Shown: positions 26,702-37,800 of the stretch, in pieces
How positions within the stretch are numbered: position 1 is the first letter of the stretch
Layout: every line of letters starts with the position of its first letter
NCBI GenBank assembly: GCA_902778165.1
Contig: CACYWQ010000009.1
Span: 13,781 to 77,780, forward strand
DNA from: an uncultured Lachnospiraceae bacterium
Lineage (GTDB): Bacteria > Bacillota > Clostridia > Lachnospirales > Lachnospiraceae
Length of the DNA: 64,000 nt
Direction: 5' to 3'
Position numbers and translations under genes: made by a program
Notes under the pieces: model-generated
The model's database searches: none
What the model was told of the DNA's origin: nothing
Seen by the model: the letters and a program-made list of their open reading frames with translations, nothing else

Positions 26702-26992
26702 ATGGGTACCGATATGAAGGATGAAGGTAAGAAATACTTTAACAGTGCATTAAGAGATTTTACTTTCGATGTGGCATGCGGAGCTGCAATAAGACATCTG
26801 CATGAACTTGGATATACGCCGGAGCAGATTGCGGGGCGTTTGGATTATCCGATATCTGTTGAGAAAGTAAAGAAGTATGTATCCGGATTATCGACAAGAG
26901 GGGCGAAGGATTCTGAAGGAGAGTCGTACGAGATTGTACGTGATTACGATGAATACGGCAGAAGCTGTTTCGTACGTGTCAAGAAGAGGTGA
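26702..26992 (+). CDS. hypothetical small protein (96 aa)
   Basis: ORF only, with no recognised motif. Start uncertain (26702 or 26714). Confidence 0.4.
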   Translation: MGTDMKDEGKKYFNSALRDFTFDVACGAAIRHLHELGYTPEQIAGRLDYPISVEKVKKYVSGLSTRGAKDSEGESYEIVRDYDEYGRSCFVRVKKR

Positions 26993-26996
26993 TTAA

Positions 26997-27275
26997 GTGT
27001 CTAACGAAATGGACAGAGTACTTGATGAGAAGAAATTAAAAGCCTGCCCCGAATGTGGTCATGCCGTGGAATATAAGGGACTTGGTGAGTATTACTGCAG
27101 TGCATGCGACAAGATCGTATATGATGACTATGGCAAGGTAAGACATTTCGTGGAAGAATATCCCGGAGCGACTCTGGTGCAGATTGCGCAGGCTACCGGT
27201 GTTGATAAAGCTAAGTTGCGCCGAATGGTGGATGAAGGTAAGTTCGTCATAGGCAGCGGCAGATCTTTGATGTAA
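26997..27275 (+). CDS. zinc-ribbon plus helix-turn-helix small protein, YvyF (TIGR03826)-like architecture
   Basis: CPECG...CSACD followed by YPGATLVQIAQATGVDKAKLRRMVDEGKF. Confidence 0.5.
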   Translation: MSNEMDRVLDEKKLKACPECGHAVEYKGLGEYYCSACDKIVYDDYGKVRHFVEEYPGATLVQIAQATGVDKAKLRRMVDEGKFVIGSGRSLM

Positions 27276-27347
27276 GCGGTTGCGTGTCGATGGACGGCAC
27301 ACCGCTTATAACATCTTGTATTATTTCCAATACATAGTAACATTCCG

Positions 27348-27376
27348 TTGCAAAAGCAATTTCCCTGTGTTAGAAT
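27348..27376 (+). promoter_or_regulatory. extended -10 promoter candidate for the butyryl-CoA operon
   Basis: TTGCAA, 17-nt spacer, TGtTAGAAT. Confidence 0.45.
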
Positions 27377-27555
27377 AATAGAGCACGACTATGATAAAAA
27401 AATAACAATCTAAACCAATCGCCTTAAGACACGGACGTCGCGGGTCTGTTCGCAAGTACAGGATGTACTTGCAGACCTGTTGTTTGGCGTTTTATTCAGA
27501 TTATTAGGTCAAATCAGTGTAATCATTTTTTTCATCAACGAAAGGAGTCATGAGA

Positions 27556-28752
27556 ATGGCAAAGAAAGTAGTTATCGCAAGCGCTTGTCGTACTGCCATC
27601 GGTACAATGGGCGGATCATTAAGCACCACACCGGCAGCAGAACTCGGTGCAATCGTTATCAAGGAAGCAATTAAGAGAGCAGGTATACAGCCTACAGATG
27701 TAGAGCATGTATATATGGGATGTGTTATCCAGGCAGGTCTTGGACAGAACGTTGCAAGACAGGCATCAATCAAGGCAGGTCTTCCTATAGAAGTTCCGGC
27801 GGTTACAACCAACGTTGTCTGCGGTTCAGGTCTTAACTGTGTTAACCAGGCTGCACAGATGATCATGGCAGGAGATGCTGACGTGGTTGTTGCAGGTGGT
27901 ATGGAGAACATGTCAATGGCACCTTTCGCACTTCCCAATGCACGTTACGGTTACAGAATGACATGGCCGAGCCAGAGCCAGGGTGCACTCGTTGATACCA
28001 TGGTTAAGGATGCTCTTTGGGATGCATTCAATGATTATCATATGATCACAACAGCCGATAATGTGGCTAAGCAGTGGAACCTCACAAGAGAAGAGCTTGA
28101 TGAATTCGCACTTAAGAGCCAGCAGAAGGCTTGCGCAGCTATAGAGAACGGTGCATTCAAGGCAGAGATCGTTCCCGTTGAGATTAAGAAGAAGAAAGAG
28201 ACAATCGTATTTGATACAGATGAAGGCCCCAGAGCAGGTTCTACAATAGAAGGTCTTGCTAAGCTTAAGCCCCTCAATCCTGACGGAGTCGTTACAGCCG
28301 GTAACGCATCAGGCATCAACGACGGTGCTGCAGCACTCGTTATCATGTCTGAAGAGAAGGCTAAGGAACTCGGTGTTAAGCCTATGGCTACATTCGTTGC
28401 AGGTGCACTTGCAGGTGTTGCTCCCGAGATTATGGGTATCGGACCTGTTGCAGCTACTAAGAAGGCTATGGCTAAGGCCGGATATCAGATTTCTGATTTC
28501 GATATCATCGAGGCTAATGAGGCATTCGCTGCTCAGTCTGTTGCAGTAGGTAAGGACCTCGGTATCGATGTTGATAAGCAGCTTAATCCTAACGGCGGTG
28601 CTATAGCACTCGGTCATCCCGTTGGAGCATCAGGCGCTCGTATCCTTGTAACTCTTCTTCATGAGATGGTTGCTAAGGATGCTAAGAAGGGTCTTGCTAC
28701 TCTTTGTATCGGCGGCGGAATGGGCTGTGCTACAATCGTTGAGAGAGAATAG
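27556..28752 (+). CDS. thl: acetyl-CoA C-acetyltransferase (thiolase)
   Basis: [17 protein letters not shown]-terminus, VCGSGLN active-site Cys, [19 protein letters not shown]. The ATG at 27556 has proper spacing from AAAGGAG. Confidence 0.95.
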   Translation: MAKKVVIASACRTAIGTMGGSLSTTPAAELGAIVIKEAIKRAGIQPTDVEHVYMGCVIQAGLGQNVARQASIKAGLPIEVPAVTTNVVCGSGLNCVNQAAQMIMAGDADVVVAGGMENMSMAPFALPNARYGYRMTWPSQSQGALVDTMVKDALWDAFNDYHMITTADNVAKQWNLTREELDEFALKSQQKACAAIENGAFKAEIVPVEIKKKKETIVFDTDEGPRAGSTIEGLAKLKPLNPDGVVTAGNASGINDGAAALVIMSEEKAKELGVKPMATFVAGALAGVAPEIMGIGPVAATKKAMAKAGYQISDFDIIEANEAFAAQSVAVGKDLGIDVDKQLNPNGGAIALGHPVGASGARILVTLLHEMVAKDAKKGLATLCIGGGMGCATIVERE

Positions 28753-28824
28753 TATAGGATAATATTGGTATGAGCAGTCGCTTACGCGACTGCTTATACT
28801 GCGTTATATAAGAAGGAGAAAAGT

Positions 28825-29610
28825 ATGGAATTTATTAAGTATGAAGAGCAGGGTGAGGTAGGAATCGTTACCATCAGCCGTGAGAAGGCCCTTAATGCAC
28901 TTAATTCACAGGTACTTGATGAGCTTAATGCCACATTTGATGCAATCGATGTTAATAAGATCAGATGTGTCGTACTTACAGGTGCAGGCGAGAAGTCATT
29001 TGTTGCAGGTGCTGACATAGGCGAGATGAGCACACTTACCAAGGCAGAAGGTGAAGCATTCGGTAAGAAGGGTAATGATGTATTCCTTAAGATCGAGAAC
29101 TTCCCCATCCCTGTTATAGCTGCAGTTAACGGATTCGCACTCGGTGGCGGATGTGAGATATCAATGAGCTGTGATATCAGAATCTGCTCTGACAATGCCG
29201 TATTCGGTCAGCCTGAGGTGGGCTTAGGAATCACACCCGGATTTGGCGGAACACAGAGACTTGCTCGTTTGGTAGGTCCCGGAATGGCTAAGCAGATGAT
29301 TTACACTGCACGTAATATCAAGGCAGACGAAGCACTTCGTATCGGTCTTGTTAATGCGGTATATACACAGGAAGAGTTACTTCCCGCAGCACTTAAGATG
29401 GCTTCAGGCATCGCTAAGAACGCACCTATCGCAGTTCGTAACTGCAAGAAGGCAATTAACGACGGCCTTGAGCTTAACATGAAGGATGCCGTAGCACTTG
29501 AAGAGAAGTTGTTCGGTGACTGCTTCGAGACAGCAGACCAGAGATACGGCATGGAGTTCTTCCTTGATAAGAACAAGGAGAAGGTTAAGGAGCCTTTCAA
29601 GAACTGCTAA
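28825..29610 (+). CDS. crt: short-chain enoyl-CoA hydratase (crotonase)
   Basis: GAGEKSFVAGADI and FALGGGCE motifs, plus operon context. Confidence 0.93.
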   Translation: MEFIKYEEQGEVGIVTISREKALNALNSQVLDELNATFDAIDVNKIRCVVLTGAGEKSFVAGADIGEMSTLTKAEGEAFGKKGNDVFLKIENFPIPVIAAVNGFALGGGCEISMSCDIRICSDNAVFGQPEVGLGITPGFGGTQRLARLVGPGMAKQMIYTARNIKADEALRIGLVNAVYTQEELLPAALKMASGIAKNAPIAVRNCKKAINDGLELNMKDAVALEEKLFGDCFETADQRYGMEFFLDKNKEKVKEPFKNC

Positions 29611-29661
29611 TTAATTCTTTCGGTAGATAATGTTTTATTACATATATAGGAGGATAGAGTA

Positions 29662-30534
29662 ATGAAAGTTGGAGTAATCGGTGCAGGAACAATGGGTTCC
29701 GGAATCGCACAGGCATTTGCTCAGTGTGACAAGGTAGATACAGTCTACTTATGTGATATCAAGCAGGAGTATGCTGACGGCGGTAAGGCTAAGGTTCAGA
29801 AGGCTATGGATAAGCTTGTAGCCAAGGAAAAGAAGACTCAGGCTGAGGCTGATGCCATCATGGCTAAGTTCAAGACAGGTCTTAACGATATCTGTGTAGA
29901 TGCAGATCTTATCGTAGAGGCAGCTCTTGAAGTTATGGATATCAAGAAGGAGTGCTTTAAGAATCTCATGGAGAACATCGTAAAGAATCCTGATTGTGTA
30001 TTCGCTTCAAATACATCATCTCTTTCTATCACAGAGATAGGTGCAGGCCTTCCTAAGCCCATCGTTGGTATGCATTTCTTCAATCCCGCTCCCGTTATGA
30101 AGCTTATTGAGGTTATCGCAGGTGCCAACACACCTAAGGAGATGGTTGAGAGAGTAAACGAGATTTCAAGAGATCTCGGCAAGACACCCGTACAGGTAAA
30201 TGAGGCTCCCGGATTCGTTGTTAACAGAATCCTTATCCCGCTTATCAATGAGGGTATCACAGTATATGCTGAGGGCGTATCTGATATCGAAGGTATCGAT
30301 ACAGCTATGAAGCTTGGATGTAATCATCCCATGGGTCCCCTTGAGCTTGGTGACTACGTAGGTCTTGATATCGTACTTGCTATCATGGATGTTATCTATA
30401 AGGAGACAGGCGATCCCAAGTATCGTGCATGTCCTCTTCTTCGTAAGATGGTTCGTGCTAAGCAGCTTGGCGTCAAGACAGGTATTGGTTTCTACAACTA
30501 TGCCGACGGCGGCAAGGTACCTACAGATAAATAA
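29662..30534 (+). CDS. hbd: 3-hydroxybutyryl-CoA dehydrogenase
   Basis: GAGTMGSGIA NAD site, HFFNPAPVMKLIE. Confidence 0.93.
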   Translation: MKVGVIGAGTMGSGIAQAFAQCDKVDTVYLCDIKQEYADGGKAKVQKAMDKLVAKEKKTQAEADAIMAKFKTGLNDICVDADLIVEAALEVMDIKKECFKNLMENIVKNPDCVFASNTSSLSITEIGAGLPKPIVGMHFFNPAPVMKLIEVIAGANTPKEMVERVNEISRDLGKTPVQVNEAPGFVVNRILIPLINEGITVYAEGVSDIEGIDTAMKLGCNHPMGPLELGDYVGLDIVLAIMDVIYKETGDPKYRACPLLRKMVRAKQLGVKTGIGFYNYADGGKVPTDK

Positions 30535-30552
30535 TTAGGAGGAATAAAGATC

Positions 30553-31719
30553 ATGGATTTTACTTTACCCAAGGAACATGAAATGGCGAGACAGCTTTTC
30601 AAGGATTTCGCCGAGAATGAAGTAAAGCCGCTTGCACAGGAGATCGATGAGGAGCATCGTTTCCCCAGAGAGACTGTAGATAAGATGGCTAAGTACGGCT
30701 TCATGGGTATCCCGATACCCAAGGAGTACGGCGGACAGGGATGTGACACACTTACATATGCTATGTGTGTTGAGGAATTGTCTAAGGTATGTGGTACGAC
30801 AGGTGTTATCGTATCTGCACATACATCACTTTGTATCGATCCTATTTACACATTCGGTACTGAAGAGCAGAAGCAGAAGTACGTAGTACCGCTTGCTAAG
30901 GGCGAGAAGCTTGGTGCTTTCGGTCTTACAGAGCCCGGTGCAGGTACAGACGCTCAGGGTCAGCAGACCAAGGCTGTTCTTGACGGTGACGAGTGGGTAC
31001 TTAACGGTTCTAAGTGCTTCATAACAAACGGTAAGGAAGCAGATATATACGTAATCTTCGCTGTTACAGGCAAGATCGAGAAGCGCGGTAAGATGATGAA
31101 GGAGATCTCAGCATTTATCGTTGAGAAGGGTACACCCGGATTCACATTCGGTACCAAGGAGAACAAGATGGGTATCTGTGCTTCTTCTACATACGAGCTT
31201 ATCTTCACAGATTGCCGTATCCCTAAGGAGAATCTCTTAGGCCAGCAGGGTAAGGGCTTCAACATTGCCATGCATACACTTGATGGCGGACGTATCGGTA
31301 TCGCTTCTCAGGCACTCGGACTTGCAGAGGGTGCTCTTGAGACAACAATCAACTATGTTAAGGAGCGTAAGCAGTTCGGCAGATCGATCGGCGCTTTCCA
31401 GAACACACAGTTCCAGCTCGCTGACATGGCTACCAAGGTAGAGGCTGCTAAGCTTCTTGTATACAAGGCAGCAAGAAAGAAGGATGAGTACAAGACCAAT
31501 CCTAAGGTTTCATATTCATTCGAGGCTGCTCAGGCTAAGTTGTATGCGGCTGAAGTTGCTATGGAAGTAACAACCAAGGCTGTTCAGTTACATGGTGGTT
31601 ACGGCTACATCAAGGAATACGATGTAGAGAGAATGATGCGTGATGCTAAGATTACAGAGATCTACGAAGGAACCAGCGAGGTTCAGAGAATGGTTATCTC
31701 TGCAACACTGTTAAAATAA
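30553..31719 (+). CDS. bcd: butyryl-CoA dehydrogenase
   Basis: Acyl-CoA dehydrogenase motifs GLTEPGAGTDA and YEGTSEVQR. The etfBA genes lie directly downstream. Confidence 0.93.
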   Translation: MDFTLPKEHEMARQLFKDFAENEVKPLAQEIDEEHRFPRETVDKMAKYGFMGIPIPKEYGGQGCDTLTYAMCVEELSKVCGTTGVIVSAHTSLCIDPIYTFGTEEQKQKYVVPLAKGEKLGAFGLTEPGAGTDAQGQQTKAVLDGDEWVLNGSKCFITNGKEADIYVIFAVTGKIEKRGKMMKEISAFIVEKGTPGFTFGTKENKMGICASSTYELIFTDCRIPKENLLGQQGKGFNIAMHTLDGGRIGIASQALGLAEGALETTINYVKERKQFGRSIGAFQNTQFQLADMATKVEAAKLLVYKAARKKDEYKTNPKVSYSFEAAQAKLYAAEVAMEVTTKAVQLHGGYGYIKEYDVERMMRDAKITEIYEGTSEVQRMVISATLLK

Positions 31720-31737
31720 TAAGAAGGAGTGAATGCA

Positions 31738-32523
31738 ATGAAAGTTATTGTTTGTATAAAGCAGGTACCCGATACAAAGGGCGGCGTTAAGTTCAACCCT
31801 GACGGTACACTCGACAGAGGCGCCATGCTTGCCATCATGAATCCTGATGACAAGGCAGGTCTTGAGGCGGCTTTAAGACTTAAGGATCAGTATGGTGCAG
31901 AAGTAACCGTACTTACAATGGGACTTCCCAAGGCTGCAGATGTATTGCGTGAGGCAATCGCTATGGGTGCAGACAAGGGTGTTCTTGTAACAGACAGAGT
32001 GCTCGGTGGAGCAGATACATGGGCTACATCTACTACAATCGCAGGTGCTATCCGTAATCTTGATTATGACCTTATCATCACAGGTCGTCAGGCTATCGAC
32101 GGAGATACAGCTCAGGTTGGTCCTCAGATAGCTGAGCATTTAGGAATCCCTGTAATCTCTTATGCACAGGAGATTAAGGTAGACGGAGATAAGGTAATAG
32201 TTAAGCGTCAGTATGATGACAGATATCATATGCTTGAAGCTAAGATGCCTTGTCTTATAACAGCTCTTTCAGAGCTTAACGATCCCAGATATATGACTCC
32301 CGGCGGAATCTTCGATGCTGTTAAGGCTGAGATCACCACATGGGGAAGAGCAGATCTTAAGGACGTTGAAGATTGCAACTTAGGTCTTGCAGGTTCACCC
32401 ACTAAGATCGCTAAGGCTTCTGATAAGGTTAGAAAGGGTGCAGGCGAGAAGGTTGTTCCCGAGTCTCCCGAAGAAGCAGTTAAGTATATCGTAGGTAAGC
32501 TTGCTGAGAAGCATGTTATTTAA
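31738..32523 (+). CDS. etfB: electron transfer flavoprotein, beta subunit
   Basis: MKVIVCIKQVPD N-terminus. AAGGAG lies 8 nt before the ATG at 31738. Confidence 0.92.
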   Translation: MKVIVCIKQVPDTKGGVKFNPDGTLDRGAMLAIMNPDDKAGLEAALRLKDQYGAEVTVLTMGLPKAADVLREAIAMGADKGVLVTDRVLGGADTWATSTTIAGAIRNLDYDLIITGRQAIDGDTAQVGPQIAEHLGIPVISYAQEIKVDGDKVIVKRQYDDRYHMLEAKMPCLITALSELNDPRYMTPGGIFDAVKAEITTWGRADLKDVEDCNLGLAGSPTKIAKASDKVRKGAGEKVVPESPEEAVKYIVGKLAEKHVI

Positions 32524-32538
32524 TAGGAGGATAGAATA

Positions 32539-33591
32539 ATGCAGAATTTAGAAGAATACAAAGGCGTATTCGTCTTCGCTCAGCAGCTTGACGGAGTAGT
32601 GAGCGGAATCGCATACGAATTATTGGGCAAAGCTAAGGATCTTGCAGCTCCTCTTAATGCACAGGTTACAGCAGTACTCATCGGTTCAGGTGTAAAGGGT
32701 GAGTGCGACAAGTTAGCCGAGTACGGTGCTGACAGAGTCATCCTTGTAGATGATCCCGAACTTAAGGAATACAGAACAGAGCCTTATGCTCATGCTCTTT
32801 CATCAGTTATCAATGAATATAAGCCTGAAATCATGTTAGTTGGTGCTACAGCTATAGGTCGTGACCTTGGCCCTACAGTATCAGCAAGAGTTGCTACAGG
32901 TCTTACTGCTGACTGTACAGTACTTGAGATCGGTGATTTCCCGCTTCAGCCCATACCGGGTAAGGAGTCAGAGCAGAAGCACAATCAACTTCTTATGACA
33001 CGTCCTGCATTCGGTGGTAACACAATAGCTACAATCGCATGTCCCAACAACCGTCCTCAGATGGCAACGGTTCGTCCCGGTGTTATGCAGAAGATTGAGC
33101 CTGTCAAGGGCGCTAAGGCTGAGATCATTGAGTACAATCCCGGATTTACTCCCAACAATAAGTACGTTGAGATCAAGGAGATCGTTAAGGCAGTATCAGA
33201 TATCAAGGATATCATGGATGCCAAGATCCTTGTATCAGGCGGTCGTGGAGTAGGTTCTCCCGAGAACTTCAAGATCTTAGAGGATCTTGCAGCAGCAATC
33301 GGCGGACAGGTAAGCTGCTCACGTGCAGTTGTTGATTCAGGTTGGAAGCCGAAGGAACTTCAGGTTGGTCAGACAGGTAAGACAGTAAGACCTAACGTAT
33401 ACTTCGCTATCGGTATCTCAGGTGCCATCCAGCACGTAGCAGGTATGGAAGAGTCAGACATCATCGTTGCTATCAACAAGGACGAGGATGCTCCTATCTT
33501 CGATGTAGCTGACTACGGTGTAGTAGGCGACCTTAACAAGATCGTTCCTCAGCTCACTGAGGCTATCAAGACAGCGATCGCTAATAAGTAA
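32539..33591 (+). CDS. etfA: electron transfer flavoprotein, alpha subunit
   Basis: C-terminal FAD motif [16 protein letters not shown]. Confidence 0.92.
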   Translation: MQNLEEYKGVFVFAQQLDGVVSGIAYELLGKAKDLAAPLNAQVTAVLIGSGVKGECDKLAEYGADRVILVDDPELKEYRTEPYAHALSSVINEYKPEIMLVGATAIGRDLGPTVSARVATGLTADCTVLEIGDFPLQPIPGKESEQKHNQLLMTRPAFGGNTIATIACPNNRPQMATVRPGVMQKIEPVKGAKAEIIEYNPGFTPNNKYVEIKEIVKAVSDIKDIMDAKILVSGGRGVGSPENFKILEDLAAAIGGQVSCSRAVVDSGWKPKELQVGQTGKTVRPNVYFAIGISGAIQHVAGMEESDIIVAINKDEDAPIFDVADYGVVGDLNKIVPQLTEAIKTAIANK

Positions 33592-33614
33592 GATAAAGTC
33601 TTTAAAGATATCAA

Positions 33615-33650
33615 AGAGCCCCTCGATTATTCGGAGGGCTCTTATTTTTT
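33615..33650 (+). terminator. rho-independent terminator of the butyryl-CoA operon
   Basis: Stem AGAGCCCCTCG / CGGAGGGCTCT followed by TATTTTTT. Confidence 0.75.
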
Positions 33651-33661
33651 CGGCATTTGCA

Positions 33662-33691
33662 TTGACACACCCACGATACAATAAGTAGAAT
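33662..33691 (+). promoter_or_regulatory. promoter candidate for uxuA cluster
   Basis: TTGACA, 18-nt spacer, TAGAAT. Confidence 0.45.
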
Positions 33692-33729
33692 TAATTGCAT
33701 AGGATATTACGAGAGGATGGGTATAGCAT

Positions 33730-34797
33730 ATGGAGATGACATTCAGGTGGTTCGGTACGGGACATGATACGGTTACGCTTAAGCAGATAAGGCAGATTCC
33801 GGGTGTTACCGGAGTGATAACCACATTGTATGATAAGATGCCGGGGCAGCTATGGACCCGTGATGAAATAGCGGCGCTTAAGGCGGAAGTAGAAGAAGCG
33901 GGATTACATATAGCAGGTATAGAGAGCGTCAATATCCATGATGATATCAAGACGGGCTCGGGCCGTAGAGATGAATATATAGATAATTATATAATGACAC
34001 TTGAAACTCTTGGGCAGGAAGGCATACATATGGTGTGCTATAACTTCATGCCCGTATTTGATTGGACAAGGACCGAACTTGCAAGAGTTCGCCCCGATGG
34101 GTCCACAGTCATGGCATATAATCAGAAGACAGTTGATGCCATGATTCCGGAGAAAATGTTTGATTCGATATCGGGAGATATGAACGGAGCCGTGATGCCC
34201 GGATGGGAACCCGAGAGAATGGCTCATATCAAGGAACTGTTTAAGCAGTATGAGGATGTGACAGAAGAAGATCTGTTTAATAACCTTAAATACTTCTTAG
34301 AGAGGATCATGCCTGTCTGTGATAAGTATGACATCAACATGGCGATTCATCCGGATGATCCCGCATGGAGCGTGTTCGGACTTCCGAGAATTGCCGTAAG
34401 CCAAGATAATCTTGTAAAGATCACGAAGCTGGTCGACAACGTTCACAACGGAATTACATTCTGTACGGGATCATACGGCTCAAGCAGAGATAACGACCTG
34501 GTTAAGACCATATGGGCGCTTAAGGGCAGGATCCATTTCGGACACATAAGGAATCTGAAATTCAATTCGCCGGATGATTTCGAGGAAGCTGCACATTTAT
34601 CATCAGACGGTGATTTTGATATGTACGCAATAATGAAAGCCCTGTATGATTCGGGCTTTGACGGTCCTATAAGACCGGATCACGGACGTATGATATGGGA
34701 TGAAGTGGCAATGCCGGGCTACGGATTGTATGACAGAGCTTTGGGCGCTACATATCTAAACGGCCTGTGGGAAGCGATAGATAAAAGCGCGAAGTAA
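33730..34797 (+). CDS. uxuA: mannonate dehydratase
   Basis: MEMTFRWFG N-terminus and overall length typical of UxuA. Confidence 0.88.
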   Translation: MEMTFRWFGTGHDTVTLKQIRQIPGVTGVITTLYDKMPGQLWTRDEIAALKAEVEEAGLHIAGIESVNIHDDIKTGSGRRDEYIDNYIMTLETLGQEGIHMVCYNFMPVFDWTRTELARVRPDGSTVMAYNQKTVDAMIPEKMFDSISGDMNGAVMPGWEPERMAHIKELFKQYEDVTEEDLFNNLKYFLERIMPVCDKYDINMAIHPDDPAWSVFGLPRIAVSQDNLVKITKLVDNVHNGITFCTGSYGSSRDNDLVKTIWALKGRIHFGHIRNLKFNSPDDFEEAAHLSSDGDFDMYAIMKALYDSGFDGPIRPDHGRMIWDEVAMPGYGLYDRALGATYLNGLWEAIDKSAK

Positions 34798-34845
34798 GCA
34801 CACAGACAAAGGCATGCGGTAAGTGCAGTCCGACGGAGAATAAAG

Positions 34846-37800
34846 ATGGAATTTGTATTAAGCAAAGAGATCATTAAAGAGAATCTTCTGGCAATAATAA
34901 CAGAACAGGCAGGACATGAGGGTGTAAAGTGTGTATCCGACTGGCTTGTTAGGGATATCGGCAATGTATTCGGCGCCAAACCGGATACGGGTGAGATCGT
35001 AGCTGATGAGCTGTTATCGGATTCTGCGTCGGAAGTCGAGGCAAGAAGTAAGATGGTGGATGCCGCGCTTATTGATGTTCTGCCAATAATATGTGCTTCT
35101 GCCGACAAAGGGTATCTTGCGCAGAGTCTTGCCGACAGAGGCGTAATCGACCTTAATGATATTAAGGGTAAGCGTGAATCATATATATTCAAAGTCGTCA
35201 GATTATCAGACCCCTGTTCGGATAAAGATTCGGGTAAGACAATCCCTGCGCTTGTAATAATTGGTTCGGATAAGCGGGGAACTATATACGGCATGCTGCA
35301 TTTATCCGAGCTTTTAGGAGTGTCTCCCTTCACCGATTGGCTTGATATCAAGCCAAAGCCTCTGGATTCATTGGTAATCTCTGATAAGGATAACTTAATA
35401 TCTAAGGAGCCTTCGGTTGTATACAGAGGATTCTTTATCAACGACGAATGGCCGGCTTTCGGTAATTGGTGCAATAAGCGCTTCGGCGGATTCAACGCCG
35501 AGTGCTATGCGCATATATTTGAGATGTTGCTTAGACTTAAGGGTAATTACATGTGGCCTGCCATGTGGTCTTCCGTATTCCCTGAAGATGGTCCGGGGCT
35601 TGCAAGTGCGGAACTGGCTGATAAGCTTGGCGTGGTTATGGGCATGTCGCATCATGAGCCGTGTCTTAGACAGGGTGAGGAATACAAGCATTTAAGAGGC
35701 CCTAAGTCGATATACGGAGATGCATGGGATTTCCGCAAGAACAAGGAAGGAATAACGAGATTCTGGGAGGACGGTCTTAAACGTGGCGGTCATCTTGAGA
35801 ATGTCATTACCGTGGGCATGCGCGGTGAATTCGATTCCACCGTCCTTGGGAAAGAAGCAACCCTTGGCGATAATATAGAACTTATCCGTGATGTATTAAA
35901 GACTCAGAATGAACTTATACGTAAGTATGTGAATGAAGACCTTAGTAAGGTTCCGCGTATGCTTGCGTTATATAAGGAGGTTGAAGCCTTCTATTACGGT
36001 GATGAGGATTATAAGGGCCTGCAGGGAGAGCCTGAGCTTGACGGAGTCACCCTTATGTTATGCGATGATAATTTCGGCAATCTAAGGACCGTTCCGCCTG
36101 CAGATGAGCGTGACCATAACGGCGGCTGGGGCATGTATTATCACATGGATTATCATGGATGGCCGATATCCCATGAGTGGGTAAACACAAGTTACCTGCC
36201 CAAGATCTGGGAACAGATGACTGCGGCATATGAGTTCGGAATAAGGCAGTTATGGATAGTCAATGTAGGCGATATTTTCACCAACGAATATCCCCTCTCA
36301 TTCTTCCTTGATCTTGCCTATGATTATGAAAAATGGGGAGCGACTAACTTAGAGGCACCATTCATATATACGAGAGATTTCATACGAACACAGTTAGGTG
36401 AGTTAAATGACTCATACGCTGATGAGATATACAGACTCATGCTTGGATACTCCCGTATAGCTTCTAACAGGCGTCCCGAGGCAATGAATGTGGGCGTATA
36501 TGATCCGGTCTGGTTTGATGAGACTAAGAACCTGCTTGATAAGTGTGATAAATATATGGACTTAGCCGAGAGGATATATGATGATACCAAATCATATCCT
36601 TTCTATGAACTGGTCTACTATCCGCTTATGGCCAATCTTAACGTACAGAAGCTGTGGTTATGTACCGGACTTAATCATATGTATGCCGGAATCGGAGCCG
36701 TTGATAAGGCTGCGGAATATGCCGAGAAGGCCGATGACTGTATGTGCTTTGATCTAAGCCTTACTGACGGATTACATACCATACATGACGGAATGTGGTA
36801 CGGAATGGGTATGTCCGAGCATATAGGATTTAATTACTGGAATGAAGAGGAGTGTTCTTTCCCTGTTCTTCACAGAGGATACAGACCGAACAAGGCGAGG
36901 ATCATTACCGTTATTCCAGGAACAGACAGACATACCGAAGGCGGATTCTGGACGAAGTCAAATCTTGTGTTGGATTCATTCTTAAGACCTGACACTAATG
37001 TCGGTAAGATTACATTGCTCTCAATAGGCGCAGCCACCGCGGATTATAAGATATCAACTGACACTAATGTCATAAATTTATCTCGAAGCAGAGGCCACCT
37101 TGAACCCGGTGAGAGCATAGACATTGAAGTCAGCCTTAACAGATATAACGTGCCTCATGATACGGATTGCGTCACCTATGAGATAACCGTCAGATCAGAG
37201 TCCGGCGATTGTCTTATACGTGTTCCGGTCAATACCAAGGACTATGATTCCTATGATAAGAATACCTATGTATGGTGCGGACTTGATAAGGAAGGAATGG
37301 ACAGTCCGTACTATAAGGTTATAACAAGTGAGAAGTGTCTGCCGCTTAATTATATATCGATAGAGGCTTCACACTATAAGAATGCCGGAAGTGATAGAGA
37401 AGGAGAATTTAAGACCTTAAGAGAATACGGCAAGACCTTATCGGGTATGAAGGCCTTCCCGTTAACGGCAAGCTTTACTCCCGGTATGGATGCTCCGTAT
37501 CTTGAATACGGAATCTATATGGAAGATGACGGTGATTATACGACAGATGTATATATAACACCGGCCAATCCCGTGTATAAGAATAATATGCTTCGCTTCG
37601 GCATACAGGTGATTAACGATAATGAGACTTCGGATATAGAACTTATTAATACCGTATCCGAAGCTTATGCCGTGGGCGATGATAATGATGAATGGAAACA
37701 GGGAGTGCTTGATAATATTCGCATTGTCTCATGCACGGGTAGATATGCATCGGGTATTAATACACTAAGAATATATGCCTGTGATCCGGGATTTGTATTA

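Noticed and set aside
27380-27420. A Rex operator upstream of thl.
   Set aside because: Only isolated half-site-like strings (TGTTAG, ATAACAA) are present, at the wrong spacing, with no TTGTTAA-N4-TTAACAA-type palindrome.
34719-35495. A 258-aa minus-strand ORF.
   Set aside because: It is antisense to the well-supported uxuA 3' end and GH115 5' end. It has Ser/Leu-rich shadow-frame composition and no RBS.
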